64,000 nt of DNA from the IMG/VR virus record IMGVR_UViG_2885028616_000003, positions 32,001-96,000 of that record. One strand, 5' to 3'. The translations under genes were made by a program, and so were the position numbers. The notes below the pieces were generated by a model. That model searched no databases, was not told the DNA's origin, and saw nothing but the letters and a program-made list of their open reading frames with translations. Origin of the DNA: a virus (lineage: Duplodnaviria; Caudoviricetes). Each line of letters begins with the position of its first letter. Positions within the stretch are counted from its first letter, which is position 1. Positions 8,922-18,100 of this stretch are shown piece after piece.

Positions 8922-9971
8922 TCAGCTCAGGTCCGCGGCGAAGGTGAGCCGCAGCGCCGAGTAGTCGCTGATCGCGTTCGCCTCGCCGCTGCTGAGGGTG
9001 TGGGTGTAGGTCGCGAACGAGCCGGTCACGGCCTGCGTCCACGTGGCGATCGTCGTGGGGCCCTGCTTCAGGGTGACGATGACGTTCCCGGCCGACGCGC
9101 CTGCGGCATAGCAGCCTCGGAACTCGACCGTGTGACCGGACCCCGAGTTCGGGTCGATCAGCGCGGCCATGCCGACCTGGATGAACCCGCCGTCTGCGAG
9201 TTGGACGTAGCTGGTGTCAACGTTGGCTGCGAGGTTGGCGTACGGCCCGGAGCCGCCGCCCGGTGCAGGGACGCCCACCGCGCCGTCCGAGTCGATGTCG
9301 CTGACGGGGCGGGACACCTGCGTGGTCGAGATCGGCGTGAGGCCGATGGTGAACATCGCTGCCTTGCCGGACGCGGCGCCGGCGACGAGGGACTCTCCGC
9401 CGTAGGAGCCGAGGGTGGCCGCCGCCTTGTCCTGCACGGTCGCGGTCACGTGCCCGGACAGGTTGGTGTTGTCGAGGCTGTCTTGCCGCTTGGTGTAGCC
9501 ACTCACCGTGCCCCAGCTCTGTGTGGCGGAGTCGGACTGGACGGCGGCGATGATGATGCGGGCGTTGTCGACGGTGGTGGTCGCGGTCGGTGTGGTGTGT
9601 GACGCGGTCGCGATCGTCTCGGACGCCGCGGCGGCGACGTTGATGGGGCTGACGGGGTCCGTCCCGCTGTACGCGGCGATGATCGCGCAGGACTTGCCGG
9701 TGCCGGGGGTGATGAGGGTGACGGTGGCGCCTGGGTCGCCGGACTGCGCGACGCGGTAGTACGCCGCGGCGAAGAGGTTCGAGGGGACGCGGCGTGTGTC
9801 GATCGCGGTCCACCCGGCCGGGGTGGGCCAGTCGTTGCCCGAGACCCCGGCGTCGTTGAGGCCGCCGATGAGCAGCAGGCAGTCACCGGCCTGGACCCCG
9901 GAGGGGATGGTGATGCCGAGGGACCCGGTGGTCAGGTGCGCCTCAGCGCTGGCCCGGAACGCGATGGCCAA
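8922..9971 (-). CDS. Minor tail/virion protein
   Basis: 'PSGVQAGDCLLL...TPAGWT' domain. TTG start. Confidence 0.7.
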   Translation of the reverse strand: MAIAFRASAEAHLTTGSLGITIPSGVQAGDCLLLIGGLNDAGVSGNDWPTPAGWTAIDTRRVPSNLFAAAYYRVAQSGDPGATVTLITPGTGKSCAIIAAYSGTDPVSPINVAAAASETIATASHTTPTATTTVDNARIIIAAVQSDSATQSWGTVSGYTKRQDSLDNTNLSGHVTATVQDKAAATLGSYGGESLVAGAASGKAAMFTIGLTPISTTQVSRPVSDIDSDGAVGVPAPGGGSGPYANLAANVDTSYVQLADGGFIQVGMAALIDPNSGSGHTVEFRGCYAAGASAGNVIVTLKQGPTTIATWTQAVTGSFATYTHTLSSGEANAISDYSALRLTFAADLS

Positions 9972-10012
9972 GACGACCCCTTTCAGGCAGGGCGGCGCGC
10001 GACAATGGCGCC

Positions 10013-10438
10013 ATGGACGGGACCGAGGAGTTCCTGCAGCGCGCACGGCGCGAGGTACTCGGGGAGCAGTTGCGGCTGTTCGAAGAGCGATGGCGGCGGT
10101 CAAGCGGGGCAGTGATGCGGGACCTGGGCGCTATGCGCTGCCCTGCCTGTCAGGCGCCGCTCCGGCGAATTCACGGGACGCCTCAGTCCCAGACCCCAGG
10201 CGCATCCGAACCCGGCGACGAGTGGTGCCGCTGTCCGGAGTGCGACGTGTACTGGCGACTCGTCTTGCCGTCCGGGTGGGAGTGGTATCTGGTAGCCGAC
10301 AACCATCCCTGGCACGACGTTCTGGCTGCCAGGGCCAGAGCACGAGAAGCCGCCGACGAAGCGGCTGAGGTCTCGCGGATGGAGAGCGTGCTGTCTGACC
10401 GCTGTCGTGAAGCGACTCAGAGCACGAACTTGGTGTAG
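10013..10438 (+). CDS. Counter-oriented zinc-ribbon protein (moron)
   Basis: CPAC...CPEC motifs. Fills the gap between tail genes on the opposite strand. Confidence 0.55.
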   Translation: MDGTEEFLQRARREVLGEQLRLFEERWRRSSGAVMRDLGAMRCPACQAPLRRIHGTPQSQTPGASEPGDEWCRCPECDVYWRLVLPSGWEWYLVADNHPWHDVLAARARAREAADEAAEVSRMESVLSDRCREATQSTNLV

Positions 10439-11406
10439 TCGCTGTAGTGCGCCGCGCTCGCGGCCTTCGCCGCCGAGATCCACGCCGACACGTTCCCCGG
10501 CGTCGGATTCGAGATGGGGCCAGCCGTGTCGAACCAGCACGCGAACGCGCACCGGGTGTGGCTACCGCCGCCCGCCGTGGTGGTCAGGTACGCGACCTGC
10601 GCGTTAAGCCAGCTGACGTCCTGCGGGCCGGTGTTGCCGTAGCCGATCTCCGGAACGGCCCACGCGATCCCCTTCGAGCGGGCGAAGTCCACGGCCGGAC
10701 CCCACAGCGACGCGCCACTGCCGACGTGGCTGTAACCGTCCACGCCGAAGCAATCCACGAGGCCATCACCGGGCCAGGTGTCGGCATACGTGGTGCCTGC
10801 CTTCGGGTTCGTCCCGGACCAGGTGGTGAGGATCTGGATCGTGTAGAGATGGCTCCAGCCCTCGGACTGGACCTGCCTGACGAGCTGGCAGAACCGGCGG
10901 AGCGCCGCCTTGTAGGTGTTCAGCGAGAACGCCCCGTCACGGATCTTGCCGTCGCCCTCATGCCACACACTGACGAACGCCACGTGGCTCTTGGGGATGC
11001 TGCGCAAGAACGTCAGCGTCTGCGCGTCCAGGCTCCCGGCCGCCATGGCGTTGATGTCCGGCTTCCCCGACCAGCAGCTGGCGCGCAGCCCCACGTCCAC
11101 CCCGCCGTTGCACGCCGCCCACGACGCGGGCATCCCGGCGGCGGCGGGCTGGTAGCTGCGCCGGATCGTCAGCGGACCGTACGCGGTGTCCTTCGCCCCG
11201 AAGTCCGACCCCGACAGCGACTGCGGGCAGGTCCCCCACAAGATCGCGTTACGGTTCCCCACCACCGGACCGCCATCCCCAGGGCCTCCGGTCCCAGGAC
11301 TGCCATCACCGGGTGAGCCGGGCGACCCAGGGATGATGACGCCGGCGTCGCCGTTGAGCGGGAGGAGCCGCTGCTGGGAGGCGACGTAGACCTTCGCGTA
11401 CCTCAC
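10417..11406 (-). CDS. Tail-associated glycoside hydrolase (GH26-like, clan GH-A)
   Basis: 'WHEGD', 'WPGDGLVDCFGVDGY', 'WAVPEIG', preceded by a G/P linker. Confidence 0.7.
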   Translation of the reverse strand: MRYAKVYVASQQRLLPLNGDAGVIIPGSPGSPGDGSPGTGGPGDGGPVVGNRNAILWGTCPQSLSGSDFGAKDTAYGPLTIRRSYQPAAAGMPASWAACNGGVDVGLRASCWSGKPDINAMAAGSLDAQTLTFLRSIPKSHVAFVSVWHEGDGKIRDGAFSLNTYKAALRRFCQLVRQVQSEGWSHLYTIQILTTWSGTNPKAGTTYADTWPGDGLVDCFGVDGYSHVGSGASLWGPAVDFARSKGIAWAVPEIGYGNTGPQDVSWLNAQVAYLTTTAGGGSHTRCAFACWFDTAGPISNPTPGNVSAWISAAKAASAAHYSDYTKFVL

Positions 11407-11408
11407 CC

Positions 11409-11945
11409 TCAGCCTCCCGGCGTCGGGTTGATCCAGTAGTCCCCCGGGGGGATGAGCGCCGGAGCCGTCGGCCCGAACCACACATAGACGCGGCTGTCGT
11501 CCGGTCGGGCGGGCCAGGAGGAGGTGTCGGTGTTGTAGACGACCGCGCCCACCGAGTTGGACAGCAGGTCGATGGTGGCCTGCTGGGTCGCGACGGTCGC
11601 GGACAGGTCGGTGAGGACGTCCCCGACATCGGTCGCGATCATCTTGTAGCGGGCGCCTCCACCGGCGTCCGCCCACAGCGCGAACACACCATCAGGGCCC
11701 TGGAACTCGGGGATGGCGCCGACGGTGAACCCGCCGACGCCTGCCGAGGACACGACCTGGGTGATGGGGGCGCCGGCGGAGTCGAGGAGGTCGGTGTACT
11801 GCGTCCCGCCGGTTTTTGCCGACCAGAGCGTGATGGTGGCGGGCCCGGTCGCCAGCACTGACGCGGTGGTGACGTCATCGGTGGTGGTGGGCGCGTCGGT
11901 GTCCATCGTCCAGTCGCTCAAGGACTGTCCGAACCAGTGCCGCAT
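11409..11945 (-). CDS. Minor tail protein
   Basis: 'TGGTQYTDLLD...IPEFQGPDGV...WAD'. Confidence 0.7.
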   Translation of the reverse strand: MRHWFGQSLSDWTMDTDAPTTTDDVTTASVLATGPATITLWSAKTGGTQYTDLLDSAGAPITQVVSSAGVGGFTVGAIPEFQGPDGVFALWADAGGGARYKMIATDVGDVLTDLSATVATQQATIDLLSNSVGAVVYNTDTSSWPARPDDSRVYVWFGPTAPALIPPGDYWINPTPGG

Positions 11946-12886
11946 CAGGCCGCCCCCACCCACGACGTGGAGAACCCGAGCAGGGTCCCGCCGCTGCTGG
12001 GGATGGAGGCCCCGGCGGTGAACCAGATCTGCCCCGCACGGCTGTCACCGCTCGGGTAGATGGTGAGGCGTCTCAGGTCGGCGCCGGACCCGCCGGTGTA
12101 GGCGTACACCGCCTCGATGGGGACGAAGTCGGCCGGGATCGTCCCAGGGAGGCGCACGTCCGGGGACACGGCGCCGCCGGTACGGGTCAGTGACCCGTAC
12201 CGGCACGTCACCATGTCGCCGCGGCGCCGCACGACTGTGGACGCCGCACCGGAGGTCGACCAGCCCGACCCGGAGATGGTGAGGACCTGGTCCAGGGGTG
12301 GCTGGTAGATGGTGCGCCACACCGACCCGTCGGCGAACAGGACCTTGCCGGTGTCACGTTCGAACCCGACCCGCCGCAGCGTCGCGGCCGGCCGGGCTCC
12401 GGAGCGGAACTCCACCGGCGGCGCCGCGGCGAACACCCGCTCATCGGTCAGGCCCGACAGGGAACCGTTCGACGCCGCCGTCCACCGCGCGATCGGGATG
12501 TCGTAGTTCCCTCCGCCGGTCTGCGACAGCGCGGGGATCGCCGGGGACGTCGCAGGCGTGCCCTTGATCACCACGGGTTTGATCCAGTTCGCGGCCGCGC
12601 TCGCGGTCCGGTCCAGCCGCAACGCGAGCCGGTCGATGCGGTTCTGCGCGTCGGCCGCCGGGATCGAGGTGGCGGTCGTGGAGGGGTTGTCGACGTGGAA
12701 CCCGCGGATCTGCGCGGCCCCAGTGCCCAGGACCGCAGTGCGGGCACCGGTGTTCAGGGTGGCGGCGAGCTCGTTGAGGACGCCGGGGATCACCCCGTCG
12801 GCGGAGAAGCCGGTGAAGAACTTCTCCCACTGCGCCATCGTCGACAGCGTCGAGTCCGACGTCGGGAAGGCAGCGTCGATCGCCAA
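11945..12886 (-). CDS. Minor tail/baseplate-fiber protein
   Basis: 'NRIDRLALRLD...KGTPA...PALSQ...YDIPIA...TDER'. Confidence 0.8.
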   Translation of the reverse strand: MAIDAAFPTSDSTLSTMAQWEKFFTGFSADGVIPGVLNELAATLNTGARTAVLGTGAAQIRGFHVDNPSTTATSIPAADAQNRIDRLALRLDRTASAAANWIKPVVIKGTPATSPAIPALSQTGGGNYDIPIARWTAASNGSLSGLTDERVFAAAPPVEFRSGARPAATLRRVGFERDTGKVLFADGSVWRTIYQPPLDQVLTISGSGWSTSGAASTVVRRRGDMVTCRYGSLTRTGGAVSPDVRLPGTIPADFVPIEAVYAYTGGSGADLRRLTIYPSGDSRAGQIWFTAGASIPSSGGTLLGFSTSWVGAA

Positions 12887-12934
12887 GACGGCCCCTCTCA
12901 AGGTGGTGGTGGGCTGCGCCCGCACGGCGATGGG

Positions 12935-14188
12935 TCAGGCGCGGGAGCGGAGCAGCTGCTCGAGCTGCCGGACCCGGGCGGACAGCTGCGCGATCGCGGT
13001 CGCGTCGTCGGTCGCAGCGTCGGAGCCGGCGTCGTTGTCGCCGATCGTGGGGGTGACGGTCTCGGTGTAGGGGGCGGTGGTGGCGTCCGCGGTGAGCTGC
13101 ACGGCGGTGACGGTGTCGGTGTAGGTGATGCCGTCGCGGATGTCGGCGGCGACCAAGTCACCGATGCCGTAGCCCTGGATGCCGGTGGCGTCGCGGCCGA
13201 ACCGGACACGGGGGATGTCGCCTGCGGCGAGCGCCACGCGGGTCTGTGCGGCGCCGCGCGCGACCTCGTCGAGCTGCGCCTGGGTGATCTGCGCGGCCTC
13301 GGTCGTGGAGGACTGGTCGGTGTACCGCTCGACGCGGCGCCACGGGTCGGTGGCGCTCACACCGCCGTGGGTTTCGGTGAACGGCCCGACCGCCGCGGCG
13401 GACTGCATGAGGATCGCGTTCGCGGTCGGGGTCGCGTCCGTGATGGACCAGGAGCGCAGTGACCCGTACCGCTCGGAGAACACGACCCGATCGGTGAGGT
13501 CGCGGGGCTCGTAGCAGTCGAACACCAGTTGCCCGCCGACCAGCGCGATCGACACACCGATGTCGGCCTGCCGGGCGACGGCGCGGATCATGTCCATGAG
13601 GGACTCGCCGGCGGTGGAGGCCTGGTCGGTGCCGGGGTCGGCGGCGGGGTTCTTGATGGAGATGGTGTAGGTGACGGTGCCGCCGCGGGCCAGGTCGGGA
13701 GCGACGGTGAAGCCGGGGACACGGCGCGAGGTGTCGCCCGCGGTGACGATGTTCGCCTTGACCAGATCCTTGATCACGGTTTCGGCTTTGCCGGTCACCG
13801 GGGTGGACCCGATGGTCTGGCCGGCCCAGGTGGTCGCGGCGTTGCGGTACACGATCCGGTCGGCCAGGAGCGAGAAGTAGTCGGCGCCGGAGAACACGAT
13901 CGTCTCGACGATCTCCCCGTTCTCGCTGATCTGTTTGGAGGGGTTGACGGCCTCGGCCTTGAGCGGCACCTCGTAGACGCCGTTCCAGTCGACGAAGAAC
14001 CCCGTCCGGGGCTTCAGGACCCCGTCGGTGTCGAAGTCGACGAGATCCCAGGTGGTGTCGTTGGCGGGGACGGTGAGGGAGAACGCGCCGACGGCGTTGT
14101 AGCGGACGGCGTTGATGTCGAGCCGCAGCCACGGCAACGGCTTCAGCTTCGTCCAGCTGGTGGTGAGGGGCTCAACAGTGACCGCCAC
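12935..14188 (-). CDS. Siphovirus Gp37-like minor tail (hub) protein
   Basis: Position after Dit. 'RYNAVGAFSL', 'RFGRD...YGIGDLV'. Confidence 0.8.
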   Translation of the reverse strand: MAVTVEPLTTSWTKLKPLPWLRLDINAVRYNAVGAFSLTVPANDTTWDLVDFDTDGVLKPRTGFFVDWNGVYEVPLKAEAVNPSKQISENGEIVETIVFSGADYFSLLADRIVYRNAATTWAGQTIGSTPVTGKAETVIKDLVKANIVTAGDTSRRVPGFTVAPDLARGGTVTYTISIKNPAADPGTDQASTAGESLMDMIRAVARQADIGVSIALVGGQLVFDCYEPRDLTDRVVFSERYGSLRSWSITDATPTANAILMQSAAAVGPFTETHGGVSATDPWRRVERYTDQSSTTEAAQITQAQLDEVARGAAQTRVALAAGDIPRVRFGRDATGIQGYGIGDLVAADIRDGITYTDTVTAVQLTADATTAPYTETVTPTIGDNDAGSDAATDDATAIAQLSARVRQLEQLLRSRA

Positions 14189-14197
14189 AGGAGCCTC

Positions 14198-15157
14198 CTA
14201 GGCGCGGAGCCAGCGGCGGACGTAGGACAGTTCGATCCGCGACGCCGACGACGACCCCGACAGCGCGAGGTTCAGGTGGTTGGGGCCCTTCACCAGCTCC
14301 CACAGATCCCGCGGGCTGCTCTTCACCAGGTCGGTCCATCGGTCCTCGCCGTCCTGGTCGATGGCGTAGGCGGACCCGTCGGGGGCGGTGTCGATGGTGA
14401 CGGTCTCGCCCTCCGACAGCGCGGTCGCCAGGCCGAAGGACCGGCCTAGCGTCACGTTCTCCAGCGTCGGTGTCCCCGGGCCGGAGATCTTCCAGACGGG
14501 GTAGGCGGCCGCGTTGCCGGTGTTGTTGACGGTGGTGTCGCCGAGCACCGCGTACGGCGACAGCACGACGGGCGGCATCGGCGGCACTCCGGCGCCGCTG
14601 TCGGCGCCCTGGAAGGTGAGGGTGGTCGGGGTGGCGTCCGACCAGCACGCGTCCAGCGACTTGAACGTGATCACGAAGCTGGTCCAGGTGAGGCCGGACT
14701 TGTCGCGGTCGTCGTCGGACAGGTCCGGGCCGTCGGTCACCATCACCTTGATGCGGCGGCCCGTGCCGTCCGGCCGCTGGATCACCAGCGTCCCCGGCGC
14801 GGGTTCACCGAGCCGCTCGGTCCACAGCGCCTGCGCGAGCCGGTCGGACAGCCGCAGGAACTCGGTCTGGGTGTCGGCGCCGGCGACGATCCCGACGAGG
14901 ATGGTCCGGCCGCTGCCGACGTAGTTCTGCGGCAGCGACGCCCCGGACGGCATCCCCAGCGTCGTCAGCGACACCGGTGGTGAGCCGTGCCCAGCGACAT
15001 TGGTGACCTGCACCGGCCCGGCCAGGTCCGACCAGTCCCACTGCTCACCATCAGGGTCGATGTACAGGACCCGCAGCGGCCGGGCCCGTACGGCCCCCGG
15101 CCCGCCACCGCCCGGCGCCCCGGGCCCGGCGGCTCCTGCTCTTGCGGGAAGCGGCAT
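14198..15157 (-). CDS. Distal tail protein (Dit)
   Basis: Follows the tape measure gene. 'NTGNAAAYPVWKISGP', 'LWELVKGPN'. Confidence 0.85.
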   Translation of the reverse strand: MPLPARAGAAGPGAPGGGGPGAVRARPLRVLYIDPDGEQWDWSDLAGPVQVTNVAGHGSPPVSLTTLGMPSGASLPQNYVGSGRTILVGIVAGADTQTEFLRLSDRLAQALWTERLGEPAPGTLVIQRPDGTGRRIKVMVTDGPDLSDDDRDKSGLTWTSFVITFKSLDACWSDATPTTLTFQGADSGAGVPPMPPVVLSPYAVLGDTTVNNTGNAAAYPVWKISGPGTPTLENVTLGRSFGLATALSEGETVTIDTAPDGSAYAIDQDGEDRWTDLVKSSPRDLWELVKGPNHLNLALSGSSSASRIELSYVRRWLRA

Positions 15158-15167
15158 CCAGGGCCCC

Positions 15168-18100
15168 CTATCCCCGCCGGCCGATGCGCAGGCTCTGCGC
15201 CTGCGCCATCTGCATCGACTTGAAAGCGGTCCGGACCTCGCGGGACAGGGCGGCGGCGGTGATCCCGTCGAAGTGCGCGTGGTACTCGTCGCCGCCGCCC
15301 GCGGTCGAGGCGGAGTCGGACAGCTCCAGCGGCGCCGCGGCCGCCGAGAGCGCCATGCGCAGGGAGTCCTCGTGCGGGTACACCGCTTCCCCGCCGCGGA
15401 AGTCGACCAGTTCGGGGCCGCGCTCACCGACCCAGGCGAGGCCTCGGCGGGCGTGGTCGGTCCCTTGCGCGTACCAGCCGGTGCGCTGGGAGTGCGCCCA
15501 CGCCCCCGCCGGGCTGCCGTAGCGGTGCTTGATGTAGTCCAGGCCCCACCGGATCTGGGTGGCCCAATTCGTTCGCCAGTCGGACCCGAAGCTGGCCATC
15601 TTGCCTGGCGGGAGGGCCTGCGGGATGCCGTACGCGCCCGACGAGGGGTTGCGGGCGTTCCACCGCCAGCCCGACTCCCGCTCCCACAGCCGGTTCAAAG
15701 GGGCGAACTGCGCCGCGGACCAGCCGAGGTCACCGAGCTGCGCCTGCGCGAACGCCTTCGGGGTGCCGCCCCCGTACCACGACCCGCCCTTGCCTGCGAT
15801 GTGCCGGTAGGTTCCGCCGGACCGCCACCCGGCGTAGCGGACAACGTCGCCGGTGTGGGGGGCGTGGATGAGGGCGTGGTCACCGCCCATCCCGGTCACC
15901 ATCATCACGTGGCCGCGGTGCGGGAAATAGAGGTCGCCCGGCATCGCCGCGGACCTGGTCGTCGCGGAGCCGTAGGCGATCTGGTCGTAGGTGACGCGGG
16001 GGATGTTCACCCCGGCCGCCTGCCACGCCCGCATGGTCAGGCCTGAGCAGTCCCAGGAGTCTGGGCCCGTGGCGCCCCACACGTATGGCTCACCGAGCTG
16101 GGCTTTGGCGAAAGCGACGGCCTTGGCGCCGCTGCCGTACGCCCCCGACAGCAGCGTGGTGAGGATGCCCGCACCGATCGCGGCGTGCCCGGAGGCATAC
16201 CCCAGCATCGACGCCAGCCCGACCGCGTTGCCCTCCCGGGCCTTGTTGATGGTGGCGGGCGGGTCACCCCGGTAGTGGTAGTCCTTCTTGAAGGTCGATC
16301 CGATCAGCCCGCCGCCGGCGAACGCAGGCAGCGTGTCCCGCCGGGGTCCGGGGAGGCCGCCGCCGGCGAACGCACCGCCAGCGCCCGGTACCGGGCCGCC
16401 GCCGGTGGTGTAGCCCTGCCCCTTGTAGATCGTGCCCTTGTTGCCCTCGTCGTTGATCGCGGTCAGCAGCGGCAGATACCTGCTGGTGGCGGGGGCGTTG
16501 ATGACCATCTCGCCCGCGCTGATGCGGGTGACCTTGTCGTCGGCGCGGGGCCCGCCACCACCTGCGATGACGCCGCCGCCGGCGTTGCGCAGGCTCGGCG
16601 CGAGGAGGTCGGCAAGGCCTGGGATCTTCGCCAGGTTCCCCAGGCCTTTCATGGAGAACTTGCCCTTGGCGTTCACGCTGACGTCGGTGCTGGTCTTCTT
16701 GGGGATCTTCACCAGCTGGTCGACGTACTTCTCCGCAGCCTTCCGGGACCCCAGGAACCGGGTGGCGAGGTCGATGAGCTGCTCGCGTTGCCCCTTCAGC
16801 TTCTTGACGTTCGCGTCGGTGACGCGGTTGTTGGTCACCAGGTCGTCGGAGTAGCTGTTCAGGACGCGGGCGCCCTGGAGGATGGTCTGCCGGTTGTTCA
16901 GCGCCGCTTGGGAGTTGCCCCAGAACGCGCGGCCGTTGGTGTCCAGCGCGGTCCGCCCGGCGGCGAGCGCGCTGTTGAAGTCGATGACTTCTTGCTGGTC
17001 GGCGATGAACCGGTTGGCGTTGGTGAGCAGCGCCTGGTTCTGCTGGCGGATCTTCTCGGTGAAGATCTGCGTCTGGAACGCGCCGGACCCAACCAACGCG
17101 CTGTACTGCGGGAACAGCGACTTGATCTTCTCGATGGACAGGTTGCTGAGGTCCAGTTGCGCCGCCATCCGGGAGAACGAGGTCGCGGCCGCGTCGGCCT
17201 GCCCGTTCTGCGCCATCTGCGTCAGCGTCGTGTCGAGCTGCTTGAACTTGTTGACCGCCTCCGAAAGCGGCGTGTTGTAGGCGCCGAAGGAGATGACGTG
17301 GAAGAACTCCGCGGCGGGGTGGTCGATCCACCTCTGATTCCACGACGGATTCGCGATGGACTCCGCGGCGGCGCGGAACTCCTCCAGGTTCGTCTTCCCC
17401 GAAAGCGCCCCGGCCTTGAACTGGTCGAAGAACGCGCCACCGAACTTCCCGGTCGTGGCGAGGGTCTGCATGGACCGGGTCAGCGACTCGGTGGACTGCA
17501 CGGTGCCGTTCTGGGCGTGCTGGAGCGCGTTCATCGCGTAGCCCATGCCGACCACGACACCGACCACGGCACCCAGGCGCGCCAGGCCCATGAGCGCGAT
17601 GCGGGTGGTCACGGCCGACCCGGACACGCCCATCATGTAGCCGCCGGTCGCCCGCAGGATCACCCCGAGCCGCAGCAGCCCCCCGGACGCGACCCCGGCA
17701 GCCGCGCCCGTGCCGGTCAACCCGGCGATCAACGAGGTGAATCCCAGGACCCGGACGGCCTTGGACACCAGGAACGCGGCCGCAGCAAGCTGGATCAGGC
17801 CGGGCGCGGTCCGCGCCATCGCCGCGAGCCCGTCGGCGAGGATCCGGATCACGGCAAGCTGCACGGCCGCGAGGGGGGCCAAGGCTTGCCCGACGTCGAT
17901 CAGACCCGAGGCCAGCGACCCGATCGTGTGGATCACGTCGGGGCCGGTCTGCTGCACGTACCCCATAAACCGGATGAACCCGGAGGACCCGGCGAGGCTG
18001 GTGCCCCACCGCTCGAACCGCACCGTCAGGGCGTCGACCGCGCCGAGCAGCAGGTTCGTGTACGGCAGGAACGCCTCGAAGATCCCGCCGACGCCGGTGA

